Shown: positions 19,548 through 29,346 of the stretch, piece by piece
Layout: each line of letters starts with the position of its first letter
How positions within the stretch are numbered: the stretch's first letter is position 1
Assembly: GCA_902782235.1 (NCBI GenBank)
Contig: CACZML010000005.1
Span: forward strand, 1,091 to 65,090
Direction of reading: 5' to 3'
DNA length: 64,000 nt
From: Oscillospiraceae bacterium
Lineage (GTDB): Bacteria > Bacillota > Clostridia > Saccharofermentanales > Saccharofermentanaceae
The notes under the pieces: model-generated
Told to the model about the DNA's origin: nothing
What the model saw: the letters and a program-made list of their open reading frames with translations, nothing else
The model's database searches: none
Made by a program: the position numbers and the translations under genes

Positions 19548-20580
19548 CTCTGATCACTTCCCTTACAAATTCGTCGACTGCTGCGGATGCTGGAATCTTC
19601 CTGACCGGCTCGCCCTTCTCAAATAAGACAAATTCGTCGATGCCGCCGGCTAATCCTATATCACATTCGCGAGCCTCACCCGGGCCGTTGACGACACAAC
19701 CCATAACTGCAACCTTAAGGTTATAGGGAAGTTGGGAGACCTTCTCTTCTATCTGTCCGGCAAGTTCAATGAGCGGAACCTGTGTTCTGCCGCATGTGGG
19801 ACAGGATATAAAAGTAATGCCACCATCTCTTAAGTCAAGAGCTTTGAGGATCTGCTTAGCTGTAATAACTTCATCAACAGGGTTACCTGTAAGAGAAACT
19901 CTAATGGTATCACCGATGCCTTCGGCAAGAAGCGCACCGATACCGACAGCTGATTTGATAGCTCCCTCACGAACGGTACCTGCCTCGGTAACGCCCACGT
20001 GAAGAGGATAATCGCATGATCTGGACAAGATCCTGTATGTATCGATAGTAAGCTTGGGTGAAGATGATTTGATAGATATTACGATATCATCGAAATCCTG
20101 GTCTTCCAAAAGCTTAACAGCTCCCAAAGCACTCTCTGTCATTGCATCTGCATTGACTTCACCATACTTGGCAAGGATCTCTCTGGAAATGGAACCGGAG
20201 TTAACACCGACGCGGATCGGAATATGACGTTCCTTACATTTATCCGCAACAAGTTTAACCTTATCGGGTCCGCCTATATTACCCGGATTGATCCTGATCT
20301 TCGAAGCACCATTGTCGGCCGCTGCCAAAGCAAGTCTGTAATCGAAATGGATGTCAGCAACTACCGGTATGGGAGATTTTGATGTGATCTCCTTAAGACT
20401 TAATGCCGCTTCCATGTCGGGGATTGCAACTCTGGTAATGTCACAACCGTTATCAGCAAGTTCCTTTATCTGAGCAAGGGTAGCCTTCGCATCCCTTGTG
20501 TCAGTATTATTCATCGACTGGATCTTAACTGAAGAACCGCCGCCGACTTCAACATTACCGATAAAGACTTTCTTTGTCAT
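19519..20580 (-). CDS. ispG: (E)-4-hydroxy-3-methylbut-2-enyl-diphosphate synthase
   Basis: IQSM, ADIHF, RINPGN, HVGVTEAG, SCPTCGR and MGCVVNGPGE. Confidence 0.96.
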   Translation of the reverse strand: MTKKVFIGNVEVGGGSSVKIQSMNNTDTRDAKATLAQIKELADNGCDITRVAIPDMEAALSLKEITSKSPIPVVADIHFDYRLALAAADNGASKIRINPGNIGGPDKVKLVADKCKERHIPIRVGVNSGSISREILAKYGEVNADAMTESALGAVKLLEDQDFDDIVISIKSSSPKLTIDTYRILSRSCDYPLHVGVTEAGTVREGAIKSAVGIGALLAEGIGDTIRVSLTGNPVDEVITAKQILKALDLRDGGITFISCPTCGRTQVPLIELAGQIEEKVSQLPYNLKVAVMGCVVNGPGEARECDIGLAGGIDEFVLFEKGEPVRKIPASAAVDEFVREVIRVGEEKRKTT

Positions 20581-20602
20581 AACAGTACTCTCCCAAATCT
20601 GA

Positions 20603-21949
20603 TCACGAACCGAGTATGATCCTAAGAATATCCGAGATGAATGCCAGTATCAGCAGCAGTACGATCATAATAAAACCGACGACTGTAAGTATGGATTCCG
20701 CCTTCTCGGACAACTTACGCCCAATGACCATCTCAACGACGATAAAGATAATCTGTATGCCGTCGAGACCAGGTATCGGAAGAAGATTGGAGAATGCCAG
20801 AGCAATTGAAATGACTGCACTGAGCATGATGAGAATATAGACCTTCTCTCCTACCGTATCTTCCTCTGCAGTAACCACATCATTGACCATGGTTGTGATT
20901 CCTATAGGACCCGATACCAAATTATAAGCTTTTACTTTGCCGGCGATAGCATCTTTTATGCCTCTTACCGTGATATTCCAGATCGTGGGCGGCATTTTGG
21001 CCGCATAAGCTAATGCCTTGAAAAAATTAGCGGGCGAATCGATCTCATAGGGGATCAGTGCGATTCCCCTTGCATTGACCGTGTCGACATATTTAGGGAT
21101 CAATTCAACGTCTGTTGTCTTACCATCTCTTACAAAAGTAACAGTAAGGACCTCATCGGTAATGTTGTAGAGATAGTCTTCAAAATCCTCGTCATCTACG
21201 GATTTACCGTTGATATGAGTTACAAAATCCCCTTCTTTAAGTACAGGATTGCCATTATTCTGCTGCTCATCTACGGAATAGACCTTCCAGCCTTTATAAT
21301 CGTTGTCAGTGCTCTTGTTTTCGACGGTTACAAGGAGCATCGGTCTCTTTCTGATGACAGGATTGAGCTCGACCTCATAGGTCTTGCCGGTCTCCTTGGA
21401 CTTCAATGTAAGAGTCATGTCCTTGGAAGGATCAGCCGAATCCAGCTCGAAATAAAGGTCATAAGCAGAATATACGGAATTACCGTTAACCTTCTTGATG
21501 GTATCTCCCTCATGAACCTGTGATATATATGCTCCGAGCTGGGATTTCTCGGAAGGGAGAGCTATATCCGTACTCGTAAATCCGGTAAACCAGAACATGA
21601 TAACGAAGATGAGCATACCGAGGAGCAGGTTCATTGCAGGACCTGCGAGAGCAACTATAAGTCTCTTGATTCTGGGCTGGTTTACGAGAAGATCAGGATC
21701 TTTGCTCTCAACGGCATTTCCCTCTTCATCTATCTCGGTAAATCTGACATATGCTCCTACAGGAATCAGCCTTAAGGAGAAATCAACGTCCTTATGCTTC
21801 CATCTTAAGAGCTTGGGACCGACAAAGATCGATACTTCATAGACCTTTATCTTAAGAAGTCTTGCTACCCAGTAGTGTCCGAGCTCATGAAGAGTCGCGA
21901 GCACTCCCAGCATTATGATTACGAAAACAATACTAGTTGCTATATTCAT
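20603..21949 (-). CDS. rseP: RIP metalloprotease RseP (M50, PDZ domains)
   Basis: HELGH, AGPxMN and NLLPIPGLDG motifs; conserved position between dxr and ispG. Confidence 0.92.
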   Translation of the reverse strand: MNIATSIVFVIIMLGVLATLHELGHYWVARLLKIKVYEVSIFVGPKLLRWKHKDVDFSLRLIPVGAYVRFTEIDEEGNAVESKDPDLLVNQPRIKRLIVALAGPAMNLLLGMLIFVIMFWFTGFTSTDIALPSEKSQLGAYISQVHEGDTIKKVNGNSVYSAYDLYFELDSADPSKDMTLTLKSKETGKTYEVELNPVIRKRPMLLVTVENKSTDNDYKGWKVYSVDEQQNNGNPVLKEGDFVTHINGKSVDDEDFEDYLYNITDEVLTVTFVRDGKTTDVELIPKYVDTVNARGIALIPYEIDSPANFFKALAYAAKMPPTIWNITVRGIKDAIAGKVKAYNLVSGPIGITTMVNDVVTAEEDTVGEKVYILIMLSAVISIALAFSNLLPIPGLDGIQIIFIVVEMVIGRKLSEKAESILTVVGFIMIVLLLILAFISDILRIILGS

Positions 21950-23042
21950 GCTTTGATCTTTCTGTCTATTATCTCATCGGCATAGATCCTTGCTTCTTTA
22001 TCTGTCTGCTCGATGGTTTCTATAGTAAGATCCGCGCCGCTGATGACCGGATCCATCTTATTGACTGTTTCAAATACAGTTCTCTCGATATCGAGGAACC
22101 TGATCTTGCCCGCAAGATAACTCATTACTGCAGATTCATTTGCAGCATTCATAACCGTCGGGTAAAGACCTCCCTTATCCCCTGTCTCATATGCAAGGTC
22201 TACAAGTCTGAAGACATCTTTGTCACAAGGTTCGAAAGTAAGATTATTCATACCCTCAGCGAAGGGATCAGTACAGAACCGTCCTTAAGCCTGATCATTG
22301 AATGGATTATGCTCTGCGGATGAACGACAACATCGATCTTAGAGCAAGCGATACCGTAAAGGTGATGAGCCTCAATGATCTCAAGGCCTTTATTCATCAT
22401 GGTCGCAGAATCAATAGTGATCTTGCCGCCCATGTTCCATGTCGGGTGATGAAGCGCATCTTCGAGAGTAACATTTTCGAGATCTTCCCTCTTCATGCCT
22501 CTGAATGGTCCGCCTGAAGCAGTGATCAGGATCCTGTCCAGATCAGCTCTCTTCTCGCCCTTAAGACACTGCCAGATAGCTGAATGCTCACTGTCGATGG
22601 GAAGCATTGCTACGCCCTTTTCCCTTATCAGCGGCATGATGATATCTCCGCCTGCAACAAGAGTTTCCTTGTTCGCAAGAGCGATGTCTTTTCCGCTTAA
22701 GATTCCGTGATATACAGGCTCAAGGCCTGCAAAGCCAACGATAGCGCCGACTACAGTATCAATAGAATCGAGCGTTGATATGGTGATATTTCCTTCTTTA
22801 CCGCAAAGGACTTCGGTATCAATACCAGAAGACTTAAGTCTTTCTTTGAGTTCTAAGGCCCTGGTCTCATTTACAACGGAGCATACCTTAGGTCTGAATT
22901 CTTCGATCTGGTCATAAAGCGTATCAATATCGCTGCCACAGGAAAGCGCTTCAACAGTAAAGTCAGAAGGCGCTTTACGTGCAACTTCAAGGGTCTGTTT
23001 TCCAATAGAACCTGTTGAACCCAATATTGAAAGTCTGCGCAT
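21946..23042 (-). pseudogene. dxr: 1-deoxy-D-xylulose-5-phosphate reductoisomerase, split by an internal out-of-frame deletion near 22270 (true lesion or assembly error)
   Basis: N-terminal part from ATG 23042 has ILGSTGSIG, LANKE, DSEHSA, TASGGPF, HPTWNMG, DSATMMNKGLE and ends at DGSVL. The C-terminal part (DPFAEGMNNLTFE...NAANE) is in another frame. The AQLGxPDMRxPI segment is absent. Confidence 0.85.
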
Positions 23043-23082
23043 ATTTAATCTCCCTAATTCCCTTGATCTGTATTCCGTCTTA

Positions 23083-23949
23083 TCAGTACAGGTTATTCGC
23101 AAGCAAAGCCAGAAGGAGCGCTACAGGAAGCGTAAAGAATGTGCTGTCGAATCTGTCGAGCATTCCGCCGTGTCCCGGGAAAAGGTTGCTGAAATCCTTG
23201 ATCCCCGTTCTTCTCTTGATAACCGAGCAGAACCAGTCTCCTAACTGTGACATAACTGAGATAAGTAATCCCAGGAAGAATGTAAGAATAGCATAAGGAA
23301 CGAGTCCTATATCGATCTCATCGATCTTATAGATAACAAGACAGCAGTAAACTGTTACGCAAATGGCGCAGAATAAAGCACCGCCTATACAGCCTTCCCA
23401 TGTCTTCTTAGGAGAGATATGCGGTACGATCTTATGCTTGCCGAATGCTACGCCTGTAAAATAAGCAAAAGTATCTGTTCCCCAGGGCGCGAAAAGTCCT
23501 ATTACCATGTAATACCATCCGTGAGGCACAAAGAGCAGAGCACTTACAAAGCAGAACAGCGGGAATGAAATATAAAAGATCATTCCGCCTGTAAAGAAAC
23601 CGTTTAAAAATGCCTTGTCATCCTGAGGTCTTACAAGAGGAAGATTGATACCGCAGGCGATGCAGTACATGCCAACGATAATAAGGTACAAAGCCATAGT
23701 GTTCTCAACCTTGAGATCGAACAAAAGGCCGCAGATAACCATAAGTGTCGCAAGAGACATGCCGATTATAAGAAGCAGTCTCGAAGGATGGTATCCGCCG
23801 TTCTTAATAGCTTTATACATCTCAATGCATGAGATAACACCGATCACGACAGCCATTATCACACCCGTAATCGGGAAGAATAATGCCGGCACAAAAAGTG
23901 ACAGCACTATAACGGTAAAAACGATTCCTGTGATAACTCTCTGTCTCAA
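23083..23949 (-). CDS. cdsA: Phosphatidate cytidylyltransferase
   Basis: DTFAYFTG, ISPKKTWEG, GDWFCSVIKR..GIKD and PGHGGMLDRFDS. Confidence 0.95.
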   Translation of the reverse strand: MRQRVITGIVFTVIVLSLFVPALFFPITGVIMAVVIGVISCIEMYKAIKNGGYHPSRLLLIIGMSLATLMVICGLLFDLKVENTMALYLIIVGMYCIACGINLPLVRPQDDKAFLNGFFTGGMIFYISFPLFCFVSALLFVPHGWYYMVIGLFAPWGTDTFAYFTGVAFGKHKIVPHISPKKTWEGCIGGALFCAICVTVYCCLVIYKIDEIDIGLVPYAILTFFLGLLISVMSQLGDWFCSVIKRRTGIKDFSNLFPGHGGMLDRFDSTFFTLPVALLLALLANNLY

Positions 23950-23951
23950 TT

Positions 23952-24719
23952 TCAGGTCTTACTTTCTTTCTTTGATAAACCGCCGAAGCGTCTGTCTCTT
24001 CCTGCAAAATCCCTGAATGCCTGAGTAAGATCCTCATAGCCGAAATCAGGCCATAAAGTATCGGATACCCAGAACTCGGAATATGCGCTTTCCCACAAAA
24101 GGAAATTGGATAATCTCATCTCGCCGCTCGGTCTGATAATGAGCTCCGGATCAGGAACATCAGGCAGATAGAGATTATCGGAGATCATCTGCTCCGTGAT
24201 ATCAGAAGGATCTAAAGATCCGTCCTTTACCTTCTCAGCGATCTTGCGGCATGAAGATAAGATCTCTCTTCTGCCGCCGTAATTAAGCGCTACAATAAGC
24301 TGCATATTGGGACGGTCCTTAGACCTCTCCTCAGCAGTCTTGCATACTTCTCTGACCTTAGGAGGAAGTTCTGAATCATCACCCGTAAATCTTACTCTGA
24401 TGCCTTCTTCTGCAAGCTCTGCATCGTACTTATCGAAAAGTTCAACAAAGAGCTTCATAAGAAAATCAACTTCCGGCTGGGGTCTAGACCAGTTCTCGGT
24501 AGAGAATGCATAAACGGTAAGATACTTAACACCGTATCTTACGCAGTTGCGGCAAAGTTCCTTAAGGTTCTCTGCGCCAACCTTGTGTCCGGCTGATCTC
24601 GGAAGATGTCTTTGTGTTGCCCATCTTCCGTTACCGTCCATTATCACACCCAAAGATACGGGGACCTTAAGGTCTCCCGTATCATAAGTCTTTTCCTGTT
24701 TGTTACCAAATAAGGCCAT
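23952..24719 (-). CDS. uppS: Undecaprenyl diphosphate synthase
   Basis: IMDGNGRWA, YAFSTENW, NYGGR and RPSGEMRLSNFLLW. Confidence 0.96.
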   Translation of the reverse strand: MALFGNKQEKTYDTGDLKVPVSLGVIMDGNGRWATQRHLPRSAGHKVGAENLKELCRNCVRYGVKYLTVYAFSTENWSRPQPEVDFLMKLFVELFDKYDAELAEEGIRVRFTGDDSELPPKVREVCKTAEERSKDRPNMQLIVALNYGGRREILSSCRKIAEKVKDGSLDPSDITEQMISDNLYLPDVPDPELIIRPSGEMRLSNFLLWESAYSEFWVSDTLWPDFGYEDLTQAFRDFAGRDRRFGGLSKKESKT

Positions 24720-25291
24720 CAGATCTCCATCAATTCCTTATTCTTTGCTTCGCAGACCTTGTCTACTTCAGCTGTGAACTTGTCTGTGATCTTCTGAACC
24801 TTCTCTTCGAATTCCTTAAGAAGATCGTCTGTAAGTTCCTTCTTCTTGTTAGCAGCACGCATCTTATCGATAGCATCACGGCGGTTGTTACGTACAACTA
24901 CCTTTGTCTCGTCGCCGTAAACCTTAACCTGCTTAACGAGGTCCTTACGTCTTTCCTCTGTAAGCATAGGGAAAACGAGTCTGATCATCTTACCGTCATT
25001 TGTAGGATTGATGCCGAGGTCAGATGCCTGGATAGCATGCTCGATCTCTTTGAGCATCTTCGGATCCCAAGGTGATAATGTGATCATTCTTGCTTCAGGA
25101 ACCTGAATATTGGCTACGGCATTAAGCGGAGACATTGCTCCGTAATACTCAACCTGGATCTTGTCCAAAACGTGCGGATTAGCACGTCCGGCACGGATTG
25201 TGTTGAGGTTCTCCTGAAGGTTATCGATGCACTTCTGCATTTTTGCTTCGATATCATCGTAATCTTTCTTTGTGATCTCGATCATAGCCAT
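24719..25291 (-). CDS. frr: Ribosome recycling factor
   Basis: IRAGRANP, PWD, NPTNDG and LTEERRK. Confidence 0.96.
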   Translation of the reverse strand: MAMIEITKKDYDDIEAKMQKCIDNLQENLNTIRAGRANPHVLDKIQVEYYGAMSPLNAVANIQVPEARMITLSPWDPKMLKEIEHAIQASDLGINPTNDGKMIRLVFPMLTEERRKDLVKQVKVYGDETKVVVRNNRRDAIDKMRAANKKKELTDDLLKEFEEKVQKITDKFTAEVDKVCEAKNKELMEI

Positions 25292-25319
25292 AATTCAAGC
25301 CTCCTATTATTTAAATTTA

Positions 25320-26027
25320 TTATTCAACGATTGTTCCGAGTTCTTCGCCCTTTGCGATCCTTACGATGTTCTCAGGATCCTTCATGGAGAATACCAGGAT
25401 CTTCGTGTGGTTATCGCGGCAAAGTGCAGCTGCTGTAGCATCCATGACCTTAAGGTTAAGTCTTAAGACTTCATCGTGGGATACCTTGTCGTACTTCTTG
25501 GCATCAGGATAAACGTTAGGATCCTTATCATAAACGCCGTCAACCATAGTAGCCTTAAGGAATACGTCAGCACCGATCTCTGTTGCTCTTAATGCAGCAC
25601 CTGTATCTGTGGAGAAGTAAGGGTTGCCTGTGCCGCATGCGAAAATTACGATACGTCCCTTCTCCAGGTGTCTTACAGCTCTCTTTCTGATGTAGGGCTC
25701 AGCCATCTGTCTTACTTCGATAGCGGAAAGGACTCTTGTAACTGCACCCTGCTGCTCTAATGCATCTGAAAGTGCGAGAGAATTCATAAGAGTTGCGAGC
25801 ATACCCATGTGGTCAGCTGTAACTCTGTCCATCTTCTCAGATGATCTTCCTCTCCAGAAGTTGCCGCCGCCTACAACGATAGCAACCTGAACGCCTAAAT
25901 CGGCAACAGCTTTGATGTTTGCTGAGATCTGTTTAAGAACTTCGTCATTGATACCGAGCTTGGCATCACCAGCCAAAGCCTCACCGGATATCTTCAAAAG
26001 CACACGCTTATATTTTGTTTCACCCAT
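25320..26027 (-). CDS. pyrH: UMP kinase
   Basis: [23 protein letters not shown] and NPYFSTD. Confidence 0.96.
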   Translation of the reverse strand: MGETKYKRVLLKISGEALAGDAKLGINDEVLKQISANIKAVADLGVQVAIVVGGGNFWRGRSSEKMDRVTADHMGMLATLMNSLALSDALEQQGAVTRVLSAIEVRQMAEPYIRKRAVRHLEKGRIVIFACGTGNPYFSTDTGAALRATEIGADVFLKATMVDGVYDKDPNVYPDAKKYDKVSHDEVLRLNLKVMDATAAALCRDNHTKILVFSMKDPENIVRIAKGEELGTIVE

Positions 26028-26115
26028 AATGGTAAAAAACCTCCATGAAAATATCTTTCAATAGATTTTATCAATAATTTGTCTCAAGGTGAACCTTAAT
26101 ATTAATAAATATATA

Positions 26116-26150
26116 AAGAAAAACCCCGCACATGTTGCTGTGCGGGGTAA
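26116..26150 (-). terminator. Intrinsic terminator after tsf
   Basis: Minus strand ACCCCGCACA-gcaaca-TGTGCGGGGT-TTTTCTTT. Confidence 0.85.
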
Positions 26151-26178
26151 TTAACTGAATAAGTGTCAGTATGGTCTA

Positions 26179-27117
26179 TTAGAGACCAGCCTGCTTTCTA
26201 ACTTCTTCTGCGAAGTCATCAACCTTCTTCTCGATACCTTCACCAAGTCCGAAACGTGTGAAACGTACGATAGAAAGCTCAGCACCAAGTGCCTTGCCTG
26301 TCTGCTCGATGTACTGAGCAACGTTGATGTCCTCATCCTTGATGTACTCCTGATCAACAAGGCAGTTCATCTTGTAGAAGTTCTTGATCTGGCCAGGGAT
26401 GATTCTTGTCATGATGATAGCCTCAGGCTTGCCCTCTTCAAGAGCCTTATTCTTGAGGATCTCTGTCTCCTTGTCGAGCTCAGACTGAGGAACGTCCTTC
26501 TCCTCAACCCAACCAGGTCTGGAAGCTGCAACCTGCATGCCGATGTTCTTAGCGAACTCATCGAACTCAGGCTTTGTGATAACGGAATCGTCAGATGTTG
26601 CAACCTCAACGAAAACGCCAACCTTACCACCCATGTGGATGTAAGAAGCAACAGCACCGTTGCCCTCTACCTCATAGATAACGAATCTTCTGATTGATGT
26701 ATTCTCACCGATATCAGCGATAGCTTCCTTCTGGAAAACTTCAACAGTCTTGGACTCATCGCTGTAAAGAGGCTGAGCCATAAGCTCTTCAACAGTAGCA
26801 GGCTTCTTTGTAAGGATGTGAGTAGCAACAGCGTTTGTGAAGTTCTTGAACTTATCAGTGTTAGCAGCGAAGTCTGTCTCGATGTTGATCTCTACGAGAA
26901 CGCCTGTCTTCTTGTCGTCAGAAATAAGGGAAACAACTGCACCCTCTGCTGCGATTCTAGCAGACTTCTTCTCAGCCTTAGCCATACCCTTCTCACGAAG
27001 CCAGCCCTTAGCCTTCTCGATATCACCATCGCACTCGATAAGTGCCTTCTTGCAGTCCATGATGCCGCAATCTGTGAGCTCACGGAGTTCTTTTACCTGT
27101 TGTGCTGTAACTGCCAT
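26179..27117 (-). CDS. tsf: Elongation factor Ts
   Basis: VKELRELT..G.MDCKKAL, EINIETDF and RFTRFGLGEG. Confidence 0.97.
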   Translation of the reverse strand: MAVTAQQVKELRELTDCGIMDCKKALIECDGDIEKAKGWLREKGMAKAEKKSARIAAEGAVVSLISDDKKTGVLVEINIETDFAANTDKFKNFTNAVATHILTKKPATVEELMAQPLYSDESKTVEVFQKEAIADIGENTSIRRFVIYEVEGNGAVASYIHMGGKVGVFVEVATSDDSVITKPEFDEFAKNIGMQVAASRPGWVEEKDVPQSELDKETEILKNKALEEGKPEAIIMTRIIPGQIKNFYKMNCLVDQEYIKDEDINVAQYIEQTGKALGAELSIVRFTRFGLGEGIEKKVDDFAEEVRKQAGL

Positions 27118-27153
27118 ATATATTCTCCTTTGCGATTTTAGTTAAGATTTGAA

Positions 27154-27963
27154 TTAAGACTCAGAAGCGATCTCTTCGATGGACTTCTCGCCTGCTTCCT
27201 CAGCAGCCTGCTCTTCAGCAACTTCAGCTGTAGCAGCCTGTGCTTCAGCAGAATCAAGATCCATACCCTCAGATGTAGCATCCTCACCCTGATGAGCTTC
27301 GATAACAGCGTCAGCCATCTTAGCTGTGATGAGCTTAACTGCACGGATAGCGTCATCGTTACCGGGGATAACATAATCTACTTCGTCAGGATCGCAGTTT
27401 GTATCAACGATAGCAACGATCGGGATACCAAGTCTCTTAGCTTCTGCAACTGCATTGTGCTCTTTCTTTGTGTCAACGATGAAAAGTGCTGCAGGGAGCT
27501 TAACCATACCAACGATACCGCCAAGGTTCTGATCGAGCTTTGTCATCTCGAGCTTAAGCTTTGCAACTTCCTTCTTTGTTCTGAGCTCGAAAGATCCGTC
27601 AGCTTCCATTCTGCGGAGTTCCTCGAGTCTTGCAACTCTCTTCTTGATTGTTACGAAGTTTGTGAGAGTACCACCAAGCCAACGATAGTTAACATAGAAC
27701 TGTCCGCAACGCTGAGCTTCTTCCTTGATGGAATCCTGAGCCTGCTTCTTTGTACCTACGAAAAGGATATCACCCTTCTCAGCGAGCTCACGCATAGCGT
27801 CATAGGCCTCGTCGACCTTCTTGACTGTCTTCTGCAAATCGATGATGTGGATTGAGTTACGCTCCGTGAAGATGTACTCGGCCATCTTAGGGTTCCAACG
27901 ACGTGTCTGGTGACCGAAGTGTACGCCTGCTTCAAGAAGCTGCTTCATTAAAATAACTGGCAT
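27154..27963 (-). CDS. rpsB: 30S ribosomal protein S2 (start placed at ATG 27963 after GGAGG)
   Basis: [33 protein letters not shown] and PGNDDAIRA. Confidence 0.97.
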   Translation of the reverse strand: MPVILMKQLLEAGVHFGHQTRRWNPKMAEYIFTERNSIHIIDLQKTVKKVDEAYDAMRELAEKGDILFVGTKKQAQDSIKEEAQRCGQFYVNYRWLGGTLTNFVTIKKRVARLEELRRMEADGSFELRTKKEVAKLKLEMTKLDQNLGGIVGMVKLPAALFIVDTKKEHNAVAEAKRLGIPIVAIVDTNCDPDEVDYVIPGNDDAIRAVKLITAKMADAVIEAHQGEDATSEGMDLDSAEAQAATAEVAEEQAAEEAGEKSIEEIASES

Positions 27964-28050
27964 AAAATAAATCCTCCTGTTTTCTTCCGTATACACCAAG
28001 TAATATTCAGCTCAAATTGGCCACAGTCGGAGTGTATACGTGATTTTTAT
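27964..28050 (-). promoter_or_regulatory. rpsB 5' leader hairpin, probable S2 autoregulatory element
   Basis: 9-bp arms CGTATACAC (27988-27996) and GTGTATACG (28032-28040) between the promoter and the RBS. S2 leaders are known in other bacteria; the assignment is by position. Confidence 0.6.
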
Positions 28051-28058
28051 GCGGGAGT

Positions 28059-28087
28059 ATTCTAACAAATAGCCCCTGCAAGTGCAA
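28059..28087 (-). promoter_or_regulatory. Sigma-A promoter of rpsB-tsf
   Basis: Minus strand TTGCAC-17 nt-TAGAAT. Confidence 0.7.
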
Positions 28088-28097
28088 GGGCTAATTT
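28067..28097 (-). terminator. Terminator after folA (overlaps the rpsB promoter)
   Basis: Minus strand TAGCCCTTGCA-ct-TGCAGGGGCTA-TTTG. Confidence 0.7.
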
Positions 28098-28122
28098 AAT
28101 ATTTATTATATATAAAGCAAAA

Positions 28123-28614
28123 TCACTTTCTCTTATAGTGTCTTACAGTGAATTCAACGCCCTTTTCGCTCATTACCGGAGGCTCTTCCTCCTCAAGCTC
28201 CCAAGAAGGATCCTCATCAAGATTCGGGAACCAGCAGTCAGCTTCAAATTCTGCCTTAATCCTCGTGATTATTGCCCTGTCGCAGAGTTCGATCAATGAG
28301 TTGTAGAGTGAAGCTCCGCCGATGAGATATACATCGTCTGCCGTAAGAGCCAGGAAGTCTTCAAGTTCATCTACGGAATGGAGCACCAAAGCTCCTTCCT
28401 TCTCATATTCAAAGCTTCTGGACATGATTATGTTCACTCTGTTGGGAAGAAGTCTCTGGCCGGGGAACGTCTCAAGGGTCTTTCTGCCGTATACTACGGT
28501 ATGACCTGCCGTATACTTCTTAAATACGCCTTTCTGGTCCTCAGGCAATGAAATAAGGAGCTTTCCCTGATTTCCTATAGCCCAGTTCTTGTCTACTGCT
28601 GAAATTGCGATCAT
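28123..28614 (-). CDS. folA: Dihydrofolate reductase
   Basis: AVDKNWAIG, YGRKTLET, LPNRVNI, IGGASLY and DCWFP. Confidence 0.92.
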   Translation of the reverse strand: MIAISAVDKNWAIGNQGKLLISLPEDQKGVFKKYTAGHTVVYGRKTLETFPGQRLLPNRVNIIMSRSFEYEKEGALVLHSVDELEDFLALTADDVYLIGGASLYNSLIELCDRAIITRIKAEFEADCWFPNLDEDPSWELEEEEPPVMSEKGVEFTVRHYKRK

Positions 28615-28619
28615 GTCTG

Positions 28620-29333
28620 TTACCCCTCGAAAATCTTAGTAAAGTATCCTGACTGTGATATCGGCTCGCCGGCCTCCAGAAGATGCCTGGAATCAGCGAA
28701 TGTCTGAACTCTGAAGCTTGCTTCTCCCGGGATCCTTTCTTCGGAACCCATTACGGTTATCGAAGTCGGAGCCATCATCATTCCCTGCCAGATAACCGGA
28801 GCCGCAACACCAATAAGATGGCTCATTATAAGTGCAGTAACGCCGAAGTGGCAGAAGAAAACGATATTATCGTCGTTATGCTCTATGACGTCGTAGAAGC
28901 CTTTGTCATTTCTCTTGTAGCCGTGCTTTTCGAGAAGTTCATCGATTCCGGCAAATACTTCCAGAGCATGTTCCTTGATGTTTCCGGACTTCATGATCTC
29001 AGTCTCATACCACTGATCCTTGTCGTGGAAATCATCCCTGTGATTAAAGTCTCTGGGATAAAAGTCCCAGCAGATAGTCCATTCGTTTACCTGCTCGTCC
29101 CAGATCCTGTAATAGAATTCCTTGAGCCAGTCACATGTAATGGCTTCTCTTCCGGTCTCTTTAAGCGATACAGAACAGGTATCCTTGGCTCTGCCCAGAG
29201 GCGAGCAATAGATCTGCTTGATGTCCCATGTGGCTACGCGCTTTGCGAGGATCTCAGCCTCACGCCAGCCCTTTTCCGTCAAGGAATCCTTCTCATAATC
29301 AGGATCCCCGTGTCTTATGAATATTAATTTCAT
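28620..29333 (-). CDS. Histidine phosphatase family protein
   Basis: N-terminal IRHG, SPLGRAKDT, and a late CHFG histidine. Confidence 0.85.
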   Translation of the reverse strand: MKLIFIRHGDPDYEKDSLTEKGWREAEILAKRVATWDIKQIYCSPLGRAKDTCSVSLKETGREAITCDWLKEFYYRIWDEQVNEWTICWDFYPRDFNHRDDFHDKDQWYETEIMKSGNIKEHALEVFAGIDELLEKHGYKRNDKGFYDVIEHNDDNIVFFCHFGVTALIMSHLIGVAAPVIWQGMMMAPTSITVMGSEERIPGEASFRVQTFADSRHLLEAGEPISQSGYFTKIFEG

Positions 29334-29346
29334 TAAATCTCCGCCG

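Noticed and set aside
22248-22290. Programmed ribosomal frameshift in dxr
   Set aside because: A frameshift would not restore the ~30 missing conserved codons, and I see no slippery heptamer.
27292-27855. 187-aa plus-strand ORF, and similar ones such as 58213..58779 and 63261..63665
   Set aside because: Antisense shadows of strongly codon-biased genes (rpsB, glyA, DUF362), with no RBS or family motifs.
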